A stretch of DNA of 24,472 bases from NCBI GenBank assembly GCA_041577295.1, contig JBFGJG010000057.1:1-24472 (forward strand), read 5' to 3'. Positions 7,982 through 16,518 of the stretch are shown here, piece after piece (the stretch's first letter is position 1; each line of letters begins with the position of its first letter). A program made the position numbers and the translations under genes. The notes under the pieces were generated by a model. That model saw only the letters and a list, made by a program, of their open reading frames with translations, was not told where the DNA came from and searched no databases. This DNA is from Gemmatimonadales bacterium. Lineage in GTDB: Bacteria; Gemmatimonadota; Gemmatimonadetes; Gemmatimonadales; GWC2-71-9.

Positions 7982-9136
7982 TCAGGTCGCCGCCTGCTCG
8001 GCGGCGAGTTGCTTGGCGGCGATTGCTTCTTGGATACGGCGTTCCGCGAGCCGGTCGGCGGCTCGATACGACGGGATGCCCTCGTCACGAGCAATCTCGA
8101 GCACCCCAAGGATGGTGTCATAGATCTCCGCGGCCTTGCGGCGAGACCGTTCCAGGTCCCACCCCTCCACTTCCGCGTTAACGTTGATGAGCCCGCCGCT
8201 GTTGATGACGTAGTCCGGTGCATAGACAATGCCACGTTCGTCGAGCACGTCGCCGTGGCGTTCTTCATCTAATTGGTTGTTCGCCGCTCCCGCCACGATG
8301 TCCACCTTCAACACGTCGATTGTCTGGTCGTTCACCACCGCACCGAGCGCGCACGGGGCAAAGATGTCCGCTTGCACCCGGTAGATGTCGTCGGGCTCCA
8401 CGGCTTTTGCCTTGAAGTCCTCGACAACGGTCTGTACGCGCCGTAGATCGATGTCGGTGACGATCAGCTTGGCCCCTTCCTCCGCCAAGTGCTTGCACAG
8501 ATAGTATCCGACGTTCCCACACCCCTGGACCTTGACGGTTTTGCCAGCAAGCGAATCGTTCCCGTAGACGAACTTTGCGCACGCCTTCATGCCGCGGTAG
8601 ACACCAAACGCGGTGACGGGTGAGGGATCACCGGATCGCCCGGCCAGCCCCACGACATGCCGCGTCTCCATCCGGATGAAGTCCATGTCGTGGATGTTGG
8701 TGCCCACGTCTTCCGCAGTGATGTAGCGCCCGCCCAGATACTCCACGTGGCGACCGTGCGCGCGAAAGACCGGCTCGCGATCGGTGATTCTGTTGTTGCC
8801 GATGATGACGCTCTTGCCACCTCCCAGATTCAACCCCGCCACCGCCGCCTTATATGTCATGCCACGAGACAGCCGCAGCACGTCGTTCAATGCTTCGGCA
8901 TCGTTCTCATAGTTCCAGAATCGCGTACCGCCCAACGACGGGCCCAACACCGTATTGTGCACGGCAATGATACCACGGTACCCCGAGGCCGGATCGGTGG
9001 CGAAGCTCACTTGCTCGTGGTTGTGCTCCCCGATGAGTTGGAACAGCCCTTCGTCGAGAGACTCCGGGACGTCCGGCTTACTCGGGGTGGAGCCCCCGTG
9101 CAATAACGATTCGCTGGATTTCAGATGTGCCTTCAT
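7982..9136 (-). CDS. Leu/Phe/Val dehydrogenase (start uncertain)
   Basis: Motifs HEQV, LGP.LGGTR, LRLSRGMTYK, GGGKSV, YITAEDVG, GDPSPVTA, QGCGNVG, GAANNQL and YAPDYVINSGG. The ATG at 9136 overlaps the upstream gene by 59 nt, and family-like sequence starts near 9046. Confidence 0.92.
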   Translation of the reverse strand: MKAHLKSSESLLHGGSTPSKPDVPESLDEGLFQLIGEHNHEQVSFATDPASGYRGIIAVHNTVLGPSLGGTRFWNYENDAEALNDVLRLSRGMTYKAAVAGLNLGGGKSVIIGNNRITDREPVFRAHGRHVEYLGGRYITAEDVGTNIHDMDFIRMETRHVVGLAGRSGDPSPVTAFGVYRGMKACAKFVYGNDSLAGKTVKVQGCGNVGYYLCKHLAEEGAKLIVTDIDLRRVQTVVEDFKAKAVEPDDIYRVQADIFAPCALGAVVNDQTIDVLKVDIVAGAANNQLDEERHGDVLDERGIVYAPDYVINSGGLINVNAEVEGWDLERSRRKAAEIYDTILGVLEIARDEGIPSYRAADRLAERRIQEAIAAKQLAAEQAAT

Positions 9137-10244
9137 AGATCTCGGTTACCTTTGCATCTCGAAACAGGCGCTCAACTGGATAGTCGCGCATGTAGCCGTA
9201 CCCGCCGAAGACTTGGACCGCCTGCGTGGTGACCCACATGGCAGTTTCCGAAGCGAACAGCTTTGCCATACTCGCCATCGTCTTGACCGGCTCTCCGCGG
9301 TTCTTGGTACGCGCCGCCTCATGAAGCAACGCCCGCGCTGCCGCCACCCGCGTCGCCATGTCCGCGAGCTTGAACTGAAGCGCCTGGAACTCCTTGATGG
9401 GCTTCTCGAACTGCCGCCGCTCCTGCGCATAGCGCACGGAGTGTTCAAACGCCGCACGCGCGATGCCGATGGCTTGTGCCGCTACCCCCATCCGCCCCTG
9501 ATCCAAGGCCGCCATCGCGTACACGAACCCCTGGCCCGGCTCGCCCAGTAGATGCTCCCCCGACAACCGGACATCACGTAGAGACACCGTGGTCGTTCGC
9601 GACGACCGCAACCCCAGTTTGTCTTCCGGCTTGCCCGGCTCCACGCCGCGGGTTTCCCGCGGGATGAGGAAGGCCGAAATCCCGCGCGTGCCCTTGCGCG
9701 CCTCAGGCTTGTCGGTACGGACGAGCACCAACAGCAGATCGGCCGTGTCGCCGTTGGTGACCCACGCCTTGGTCCCGTTCAGCACCCACTCGTTTCCCAC
9801 GCGCTCCGCCTGGGCGCGCAGCGCGCCGGCGTCTGACCCGCTATCCGCCTCCGACAGCGAAAACGCCGCCAGCACCTTTCCCTGCGCCATCGGCGTCAGC
9901 CAGCGCGACTTCTGCTCATCGGTCCCAAACCGGAGGATCATGCTCGCCGGAAGTGAGTTGTGCACCGAGAGCGAGATTGAGACGGAGGCATCGGCCGCCG
10001 CGATTTCCTCGATCACCATGAGATAGGTCAGCGTGTCGAGGCCGAGACCCTCGTACTCTTCGGGGATGAGCATCCCGAAGAAGCCCAACTCCCCGAGCTT
10101 TGCCATCACCTCTTTGGGATACGTCTTCGTCCGGTCCCACTCAGCTGCGTGAGGCGCGATCTCGTTCCGCGCAAACTCACGCGCCATTTCCACCACCGCG
10201 CGCCGGTGTTGCTCGACTTCATGAAGCAGCTCAGTGGTAGTCAT
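9078..10244 (-). CDS. Acyl-CoA dehydrogenase (short/branched-chain type)
   Basis: Motifs [46 protein letters not shown] and [17 protein letters not shown]. Confidence 0.97.
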   Translation of the reverse strand: MTTTELLHEVEQHRRAVVEMAREFARNEIAPHAAEWDRTKTYPKEVMAKLGELGFFGMLIPEEYEGLGLDTLTYLMVIEEIAAADASVSISLSVHNSLPASMILRFGTDEQKSRWLTPMAQGKVLAAFSLSEADSGSDAGALRAQAERVGNEWVLNGTKAWVTNGDTADLLLVLVRTDKPEARKGTRGISAFLIPRETRGVEPGKPEDKLGLRSSRTTTVSLRDVRLSGEHLLGEPGQGFVYAMAALDQGRMGVAAQAIGIARAAFEHSVRYAQERRQFEKPIKEFQALQFKLADMATRVAAARALLHEAARTKNRGEPVKTMASMAKLFASETAMWVTTQAVQVFGGYGYMRDYPVERLFRDAKVTEIYEGTSEIQRIVIARGLHPE

Positions 10245-11076
10245 AGAAACCCCGTCCGCTCTTTCGCCCCAGGCGCCCCGCCGCCACCATCTTCCGAAGC
10301 AGCGGGCAGGGCCGGTACTTGTCGTCGCCCAGCCCCTGGTGCAACACCTCCATGATGGACAGGCACACGTCCAGGCCGATGAGGTCGGCGAGGGCCAGGG
10401 GTCCCATCGGGTGGTTCATGCCGAGCTTCATAACTGTGTCCACGGCCTCGGGCGTCGCTACGTCTTCCATCACACAGTAGACCGCTTCGTTGATCATCGG
10501 CATCAAGACGCGGTTCGAGACGAAGCCTGGGTAATCGTTCACCTCGACCGGTGTCTTGCCCAGCTGGCGCGCCGCCTCCATCACCGTGGCGGTTGTCTCA
10601 TCTGATGTCCCCAGTCCACGGATAACCTCGACCAGCTGCATCACCGGCACGGGGTTCATGAAGTGCATCCCGATGACCTTGTCCGGGCGGTCGGTTTGCG
10701 CCGCGATCTCGGTGATCGAGATGGACGACGTGTTCGTCGCAAGGATCGCCGTGCCTCCGACCGTGCGGTCCAACTGTTGAAACAGTCGAAACTTGACGTC
10801 TGGCGCCTCAGTGGCCGCTTCGATCACGAGCTGCGCGGGAGACGCTGCCTCGAGCTCGGTGGCCTCTACGATCCGGCCGAGTGCGGCCTCGCGATCCTGC
10901 GCTGACAGCGAACCCTTCTTGACCTGACGATCGAGGTTTCGCCCGATGGTCTCGATCGCCGACCGAAGCGCCTTTTGCGAGACGTCGATCAACGTGACGC
11001 TCGCACCGTGTTGGGCGAACACGTGTGCGATCCCATTGCCCATAGTGCCGGCGCCCACGACCGCAACCTGTTTCAC
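10231..11076 (-). CDS. hbd: 3-hydroxybutyryl-CoA dehydrogenase
   Basis: Start trimmed to GTG 11076, which has a GTGA overlap with the upstream stop. Motifs [33 protein letters not shown] and [15 protein letters not shown]. Confidence 0.95.
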   Translation of the reverse strand: MKQVAVVGAGTMGNGIAHVFAQHGASVTLIDVSQKALRSAIETIGRNLDRQVKKGSLSAQDREAALGRIVEATELEAASPAQLVIEAATEAPDVKFRLFQQLDRTVGGTAILATNTSSISITEIAAQTDRPDKVIGMHFMNPVPVMQLVEVIRGLGTSDETTATVMEAARQLGKTPVEVNDYPGFVSNRVLMPMINEAVYCVMEDVATPEAVDTVMKLGMNHPMGPLALADLIGLDVCLSIMEVLHQGLGDDKYRPCPLLRKMVAAGRLGRKSGRGFYDYH

Positions 11077-11954
11077 GCTGCCACATCCCGCGGAACGTCG
11101 GCCGGCGGCGTGCGGTCCCCTCTCACCACCTGCCGAATCAACACGATCAAGGCACCGCCCATCACCAGCGTCGCCACCAACCCACCCTCCGGCCCGAACG
11201 GGCCACCCGTCAGCCAAGTGGGCCCACCGCTTACAAAATCGAGGACGGGAATGCCGAAATCGAGACCGCTCACCGGTGCGTCGGCACCGAGGCTGAGTCC
11301 GCCGTTCCACCCAAAGTGCACGCCCCATGCCATCGGTAGGCCCCCTGGAGTAAAGAAGGCGGCGCTGAGAACGAGCGACGCGAGGCCGATGTTGGCGAGC
11401 CCGAGGTTGGAAACGTTCGGGTTCCAGCTGTGCAGCAGAACAAACGGCACCGCCAACGCCACACTAGCGCCGACCCGTCCAAAGGCTTGCGTGAGCCGGG
11501 CAAGGGGATATCCGCGAAACACCAACTCCTCGGCCAAGGCCGCAATCCCGAGTATGCCACCGATCTGGATGACGGTGGCGACGTACTGCGCGACCGATCC
11601 TCCCGTCACCTCGATACGCGCGGTGCCGGCGGCCACGGCAATGGCGAGCGCGGCACCAGCCATTACGAATCCGAGCCCCGTGCCACGCACGAACGACCGA
11701 ACTCCAGGTTTCGCCCCGCGCCAACCGAGCATTCGCCATGAGTGGCGCTTGGTTGCGACCAGAAACCAGTTCACGGCAAGTGCGACCAGCACCGTAGGCA
11801 CGGAGGTCGCGGCCAGCCCCGTCGCACCGCGAGTCAGAAAGCTGGGAATCAGCAATTGTATGGCGAGCCACCCCACCACCAGCACCACGGCATAGAACGT
11901 CGTGACGGCAGCGACCGCTCCGAGCGACCGCTTGATCCCCCCCAAAAGCGTCAC
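11073..11954 (-). CDS. CPBP-family (CAAX/Abi) intramembrane metalloprotease
   Basis: Multi-TM protein with EELVFRG, F.LLH and HFGWN motifs and a C-terminal GG.FGPEG. Confidence 0.9.
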   Translation of the reverse strand: MTLLGGIKRSLGAVAAVTTFYAVVLVVGWLAIQLLIPSFLTRGATGLAATSVPTVLVALAVNWFLVATKRHSWRMLGWRGAKPGVRSFVRGTGLGFVMAGAALAIAVAAGTARIEVTGGSVAQYVATVIQIGGILGIAALAEELVFRGYPLARLTQAFGRVGASVALAVPFVLLHSWNPNVSNLGLANIGLASLVLSAAFFTPGGLPMAWGVHFGWNGGLSLGADAPVSGLDFGIPVLDFVSGGPTWLTGGPFGPEGGLVATLVMGGALIVLIRQVVRGDRTPPADVPRDVAA

Positions 11955-11963
11955 GCGCGCCCT

Positions 11964-12536
11964 TTAGAGGAGCGCGCGTGTGTTCGCCGCAAAGCGCCAG
12001 GCCACCAGGCCCGCGAGGAGGATCTTGACGATGTCTCCCAGCAGGAACGGAAGCGACCCCAGGCGGAGGGCAACCCCGACGTCACCTCCCAACACCGCGA
12101 GCTGCGCCACGCCACCGGCGTGGATCACGAGCACCCCGGCAACGAGACCGAGGATCAAGCGGAACCAGGCGCGGGCATCGACGGCGAGGAGACCCACCAC
12201 CGCAGCGGCCGCCGGATACGCCAAGAGGTATCCACCGGTTGGACCGATCAGCCGTGCGAATCCTGGGGGGCCAACGGGTGCAAACACGGGAACCCCCACC
12301 GCGCCGAGCGCCAAGTACACCACCATGCTTGCTGCCCCCAGCCGTGGGCCGAGCAGCGCTCCGACGATGAGGACGGCCGGCACCTGAAACGTCATCGGAA
12401 CGGGAGTACCGGGAACCGGAACCGCGATTTGCGCGCCGAGTGCCACGAGCAGGGCGCCAGCAAGCAACGCCAGCGACCGCCGCACGACGGCGGTTGGTGT
12501 TAGAGGCAGATGTTGTTCGACACGTGCTTCGTTCAT
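11964..12536 (-). CDS. bioY: Biotin transporter BioY
   Basis: Motifs PVPMTFQ, LGPRLG..S..VYL.LG..G.PVFA, GPTGGYL and PFL.GD..K. ATGA overlap with the thiolase stop. Confidence 0.93.
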   Translation of the reverse strand: MNEARVEQHLPLTPTAVVRRSLALLAGALLVALGAQIAVPVPGTPVPMTFQVPAVLIVGALLGPRLGAASMVVYLALGAVGVPVFAPVGPPGFARLIGPTGGYLLAYPAAAAVVGLLAVDARAWFRLILGLVAGVLVIHAGGVAQLAVLGGDVGVALRLGSLPFLLGDIVKILLAGLVAWRFAANTRALL

Positions 12537-13729
12537 GAGCCACGCTCCACACTGAGAGCCACCGCGTTGCCACCGCCGAGGCAGAGGGTTGCCAACCCCG
12601 TTGCCACATCGCGGTCACGCATCGCGTACAGTAACGTCGTGAGTACTCGCGCACCGCTCGCGCCGATCGGATGACCGAGCGCGATCGCGCCACCGTTGAC
12701 GTTGACCCGTTCCCAATCCCACCCCAACGCCTGCCCGTCGGCAAGCGTCTGGACCGCGAAGGCCTCGTTTACCTCTATCAAGTCAAACGCGTTGATGTCC
12801 GTCTTGGTACGCTGCAACAGGTTCTTGACCGCTTGAATGGGTGCGAAGAAGAGGTCTTTCGGCTCTCCCCCGCCCGTGGCGTATCCGGTGATCTTGCCCA
12901 TCACGGACAGGCCGTTTGCCTCAGCAAACGCAGCCGAGGTCACCACGAGCGCGCTCCCGCCGTCGTTGAGCCCCGGTGCGTTTCCCGCGGTCACCGTTCC
13001 GTCTTTCTGGAACGCGGGTCGCAGGGCAGCGAGGGCCTCGTACGACGTGTCTTTGCGCGGGCCCTCGTCTTTGTCAATCACCGTGACTGCGCCTTTCCGA
13101 CCAGGCACCTCGACCGGAACGATCTCCGCGGAAAACTTGCAGCCTTCGATCGCCGCCACCGCCTTTCGGTGACTCTCGAGCGCATAGCGATCCTGCTCTT
13201 TCCGTCCGATCTTCGCCTTCTCTGCCGTGTACTCGGCGTAGCTTCCCATCACCGAGTCACCAAACGAGCACCACAGCCCGTCAAACTGCAGCCCGTCGAC
13301 GAGTTGCTGGTTCCCGTATTTGACGCCGCTGCGCATCCCGTAGACATAGTGCGGCGCGTTGGACATCGACTCCATGCCACCGGCCACGATACACCGCGCA
13401 TCCCCCGCCTTGATAGCCTGCGCGGCGAGCATGACGGACTTGAGGCCGGACCCGCACACCTTGTTGATGGTCACAGCGGGTACCTCGCCGGGGATGCCCC
13501 CGCGAATCGCTGCCTGCCGCGCGGGGGCTTGACCGGCACCACCCTGCAGCACCATCCCCATGATGACTTCATCGACCGTCTGAACATCGATTCCCGCCCT
13601 GGTCACGGCCTGGCGGACGGCCAAAGCCCCGAGATCCGTACCCTTCACTGGGCTGAGACCTCCGAGGTAGCGTCCCACCGGCGTGCGGGCGGCAGCGACA
13701 ATGACAGGTGTTGTGTCTTTATTCGCCAC
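12533..13729 (-). CDS. Acetyl-CoA C-acetyltransferase (thiolase)
   Basis: Motifs [41 protein letters not shown] and CLGGG. Start trimmed to GTG 13729, which has AAGGA upstream. Confidence 0.97.
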   Translation of the reverse strand: MANKDTTPVIVAAARTPVGRYLGGLSPVKGTDLGALAVRQAVTRAGIDVQTVDEVIMGMVLQGGAGQAPARQAAIRGGIPGEVPAVTINKVCGSGLKSVMLAAQAIKAGDARCIVAGGMESMSNAPHYVYGMRSGVKYGNQQLVDGLQFDGLWCSFGDSVMGSYAEYTAEKAKIGRKEQDRYALESHRKAVAAIEGCKFSAEIVPVEVPGRKGAVTVIDKDEGPRKDTSYEALAALRPAFQKDGTVTAGNAPGLNDGGSALVVTSAAFAEANGLSVMGKITGYATGGGEPKDLFFAPIQAVKNLLQRTKTDINAFDLIEVNEAFAVQTLADGQALGWDWERVNVNGGAIALGHPIGASGARVLTTLLYAMRDRDVATGLATLCLGGGNAVALSVERGS

Positions 13730-13885
13730 GGAGTGCTTCCTTCGCAGATTGGTCTGATCAGGCTGGGCCCCACCCTGGTCCCACGGGTCCATGCCCATCG
13801 AAATGTACAACGTGGGGTCGCCTGGGAGGCGTTCCCGGGGGGCAACTTAATGTCGGAAGACGGTGAACGGCAGGGAGGGAAAGTC

Positions 13886-15829
13886 CTACGGCTTCAACGC
13901 CCTCGTCCCAACCTCCTCTTGGATCCGCTCGAGGAACGCTTCGACTGAAAGGATCTCCTGTTTCTTCCCGGCCCCGCGGACTCTAATAGCGAGAGTTCCC
14001 GCCTCCACTTCACGGGCGCCGAGGACGGCCATGTAGGGCACCTTCATCAGCTCTCCATCGCGAATCCGGTAGTTCAGGGTCTCACTGCGATCGTCGAGAC
14101 CCGCGCGGATCCCGAGCGCGCGGAACCGCTGGTGGAGCGTTTGCGCCGCCGTCGCCTGTTCGTCGGTAATGGGGATCAGGCGTACCTGCTCTGGGGCGAG
14201 CCACACGGGAAACGCCCCCGCGAAGTGCTCGATCAAACAACCAACGAACCGCTCCATCGTGCCAAAGATCGCGCGGTGGATCATCACCGGCCGGTGAGGA
14301 CGGTTGTCCGCCCCGGTGTACTCGAGAGCAAACCGCTCCGGGAGCTGGTAGTCGAGCTGAATTGTCGAGACCTGCCACTCCCGCCCAATCGCATCTTCCA
14401 GCTTGATGTCGATCTTGGGACCGTAGAATGCACCACCGCCCTCATCCAGACCGTAGGTCACGCCCCGGCGATCGAGTGCGCCTTTCAGTGCTCGCTCCGC
14501 GACATCCCACGCTTCGTCACTCCCGATCTTCTCAGCCGGCCGTGTTGAAAAATCGAGCCGGTACGGAAAACCGAACGTCCGGTTGAGCACGAGATCGACC
14601 AGGTCCAGCATGTCGAAGATCTCGTCTTCGATCTGATCGTCGCGACAGAAGATGTGCGCGTCGTCCATGGTCAACCCGCGCACCCGCAGCAGCCCATGCA
14701 GCGTACCCGAGAGCTCGTTGCGGTACACGTGGGCCACCTCGGCCAGCCGAATGGGAAGGTCGCGGTAGGAACGCTGTCGCGATGCGTAAACCAACGTGTG
14801 CATGGGACAGTTCATCGGCTTGACGCGGTAACGCACCTCCTCCGACTCGCCCTCGCCCGCGCCCATGCCGGGGAACTGGTTTTTCCCGTACAACGGTAGG
14901 TGGCCGGACCGGTAGAACAACTCCTCCCTGGTCACGTGGGGCGTGTAGACCAGCTCGTAGCCCCGCCGCAGCACCTCGTCCTCGATGAACCGCCGCAGCT
15001 CGAACTGCAGCGTGGCTCCCCGCGGATGCCACAACACGAGCCCCGGGCCCACGTCCTCCTGAATGCTGAACAGATCGAGCTGCTTGCCAAGTAGCCGGTG
15101 ATCGCGTTTTTCAGCTTCCTCCAGCCGACGGAGGTAGGCATCCAGGTCCGCCTTCTTGAACCAAGCGGTCCCGTAGATGCGTTGCAGCATCTGACGGTTG
15201 GAGTCGCCCCGCCAGTAGGCTCCCGCCGCGTGCAGCAGCTTGAAGTGCTTGATACAACCGGTGCTGGGGACGTGTGGTCCGCGACACAGGTCCACAAAGG
15301 GCCCGTCGGTGTAGATCGAGATGATCTCGTCGTCGCCCAGCTCCTCGAGGCGCTCGAGTTTGAGCGGGTCATCCTTGAACCGCTGCCGGGCGCGTTGCCG
15401 GTCGACTTCCTCTCGCACGAACGGGTAGTCCGCTGCGACCACGTCGTGCATGCGGCGCTCGATCCGCTCGAGGTCCTCCGGGGTGAAGGGTCGCGGCACC
15501 TCGAAGTCGTAATAGAAGCCGTCTTCGATCGGCGGACCAAAACCGATCTTCGCCTCGGGATACAGTTCCCGAACGGCCGTCGCCAACACGTGCGCCGTGG
15601 AGTGTCGCAGCACGGGAAGCGCATCGGCATCTCGATCGGTGAGCAGCTTGAGCGTCGTGTCACCGACGAGGGGCCGGTCGAGATCCCACACCTGCCCGTT
15701 CACCTGCGCCGCGACCGCGTTGCGCGCGAGTCCGCGGCTGATCTCTTCGGCGACCGCACGAGACGTCGTTCCGGCGGGGACGCTCTTGACCGACCCGTCG
15801 GGTAAAGAGAGACGGATCATGGCACTCAT
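13886..15829 (-). CDS. thrS: Threonine--tRNA ligase
   Basis: TGS N-terminus (LPDGS), RHSTAH, DLCRGPH, RDHR.LG, KPMNCP, GL.RVR, FYGPK, HRA and anticodon-binding domain. Start trimmed to ATG 15829 (15820 is an alternative). Confidence 0.99.
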   Translation of the reverse strand: MSAMIRLSLPDGSVKSVPAGTTSRAVAEEISRGLARNAVAAQVNGQVWDLDRPLVGDTTLKLLTDRDADALPVLRHSTAHVLATAVRELYPEAKIGFGPPIEDGFYYDFEVPRPFTPEDLERIERRMHDVVAADYPFVREEVDRQRARQRFKDDPLKLERLEELGDDEIISIYTDGPFVDLCRGPHVPSTGCIKHFKLLHAAGAYWRGDSNRQMLQRIYGTAWFKKADLDAYLRRLEEAEKRDHRLLGKQLDLFSIQEDVGPGLVLWHPRGATLQFELRRFIEDEVLRRGYELVYTPHVTREELFYRSGHLPLYGKNQFPGMGAGEGESEEVRYRVKPMNCPMHTLVYASRQRSYRDLPIRLAEVAHVYRNELSGTLHGLLRVRGLTMDDAHIFCRDDQIEDEIFDMLDLVDLVLNRTFGFPYRLDFSTRPAEKIGSDEAWDVAERALKGALDRRGVTYGLDEGGGAFYGPKIDIKLEDAIGREWQVSTIQLDYQLPERFALEYTGADNRPHRPVMIHRAIFGTMERFVGCLIEHFAGAFPVWLAPEQVRLIPITDEQATAAQTLHQRFRALGIRAGLDDRSETLNYRIRDGELMKVPYMAVLGAREVEAGTLAIRVRGAGKKQEILSVEAFLERIQEEVGTRALKP

Positions 15830-15984
15830 GAGAACGTGATCGCGGTCGTTGCGCTCAGGAGAGGTTCCGCCCGATGCCCGAACGCGAAGAACAGCACGAT
15901 CCCGACGATCACGATCACGGCGATCACCGCCGTGAGCACCAGGGTGCGTTTTGCGGTCCTTCGGTCGGCATTGCTCATGGACAT
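15826..15984 (-). CDS. Small single-pass membrane protein (52 aa), not in the ORF track
   Basis: MSMSNADRRTAKRTLVLTAVIAVIVIVGIVLFFAFGHRAEPLLSATTAITFS*. Basic N-terminus plus a ~20-residue hydrophobic helix. Its TGA overlaps the thrS ATG (ATGA). ATG 15978 is an alternative start. Confidence 0.7.
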   Translation of the reverse strand: MSMSNADRRTAKRTLVLTAVIAVIVIVGIVLFFAFGHRAEPLLSATTAITFS

Positions 15985-16008
15985 CGCGTGGCGATGGAGG
16001 TTTAGAGA

Positions 16009-16030
16009 TGCTATACCTATAATTGTAGCA
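16009..16030. promoter_or_regulatory. Overlapping divergent -10 elements inside an imperfect palindrome
   Basis: TGCTATA-CCTATAAT-TGTAGCA contains TATAAT on the plus strand (16018-16023) and extended TGnTACAAT on the minus strand (16030-16022). It sits in the 60-bp AT-rich gap between the divergent gene arms. Confidence 0.6.
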
Positions 16031-16044
16031 CGGGCTCAGAACCG

Positions 16045-16491
16045 ATGCCACGGGAGGACGTTCTGATTCACATCCGACGGGAACGTGACGATCGACTCGG
16101 CCTCGCCATCGCCGCAACCATCGGCCTCGGCGCGGGGGTTTTTGCCGGTATGGTGCTCGGGGAGATGCTGGGCAAGGTCAACTCCGAACGGGTGCTCGGC
16201 GCGGTCGGCAAACTTCGCCCGCGATCTCGCCGTCCGGTCGACCCCCACGTTCTCGAGCGCACCGTCCTGGACGCCTTGCGCGCCACCGCTGCCACACGGG
16301 ATCTGGAGCTGAAAGTCCACGCCCTCGGCGATGGCCTGGTAGAGATCACCGGCACGGCACCCGACGCCGCTGCTCGCACGGCCGCTGGGGTCACGGCACG
16401 GACGGTTCCAGGGGCGGATGTGGTCGTGAATCGCATCCTCGTCGAAGGGAACGACATTCCGGCTCGGAAGTCCGTACCGCCGAACGCCTGA
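16045..16491 (+). CDS. BON domain-containing protein with N-terminal membrane anchor
   Basis: Gly-rich hydrophobic helix, then 'V..AL.......L.V....G.VEITG.......A...AR.VPG...VVNRI.V', the BON pattern. Confidence 0.8.
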   Translation: MPREDVLIHIRRERDDRLGLAIAATIGLGAGVFAGMVLGEMLGKVNSERVLGAVGKLRPRSRRPVDPHVLERTVLDALRATAATRDLELKVHALGDGLVEITGTAPDAAARTAAGVTARTVPGADVVVNRILVEGNDIPARKSVPPNA

Positions 16492-16518
16492 TTGGCTCCG
16501 TCCCAGCAGTCACACGCA

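Noticed and set aside
10975..12503. Long plus-strand ORFs opposite the CPBP protease and bioY
   Set aside because: Antisense shadows of hydrophobic membrane-protein genes with no independent coding signal.
12671..13948. 425-aa plus-strand ORF
   Set aside because: Antisense shadow of the thiolase gene with no recognisable motif. Long shadow ORFs are expected in GC-rich DNA.
15830..16117. 96-aa N-terminal extension of ThrS in the ORF track
   Set aside because: It overlaps the small membrane ORF, the promoter gap and the divergent BON gene. ThrS similarity begins at MSAMIRLSLPDG.
15985..16518. T-box leaders for thrS or valS
   Set aside because: No AAGGTGGTACC-like T-box sequence, and there is no room: both genes are directly preceded by coding ORFs.
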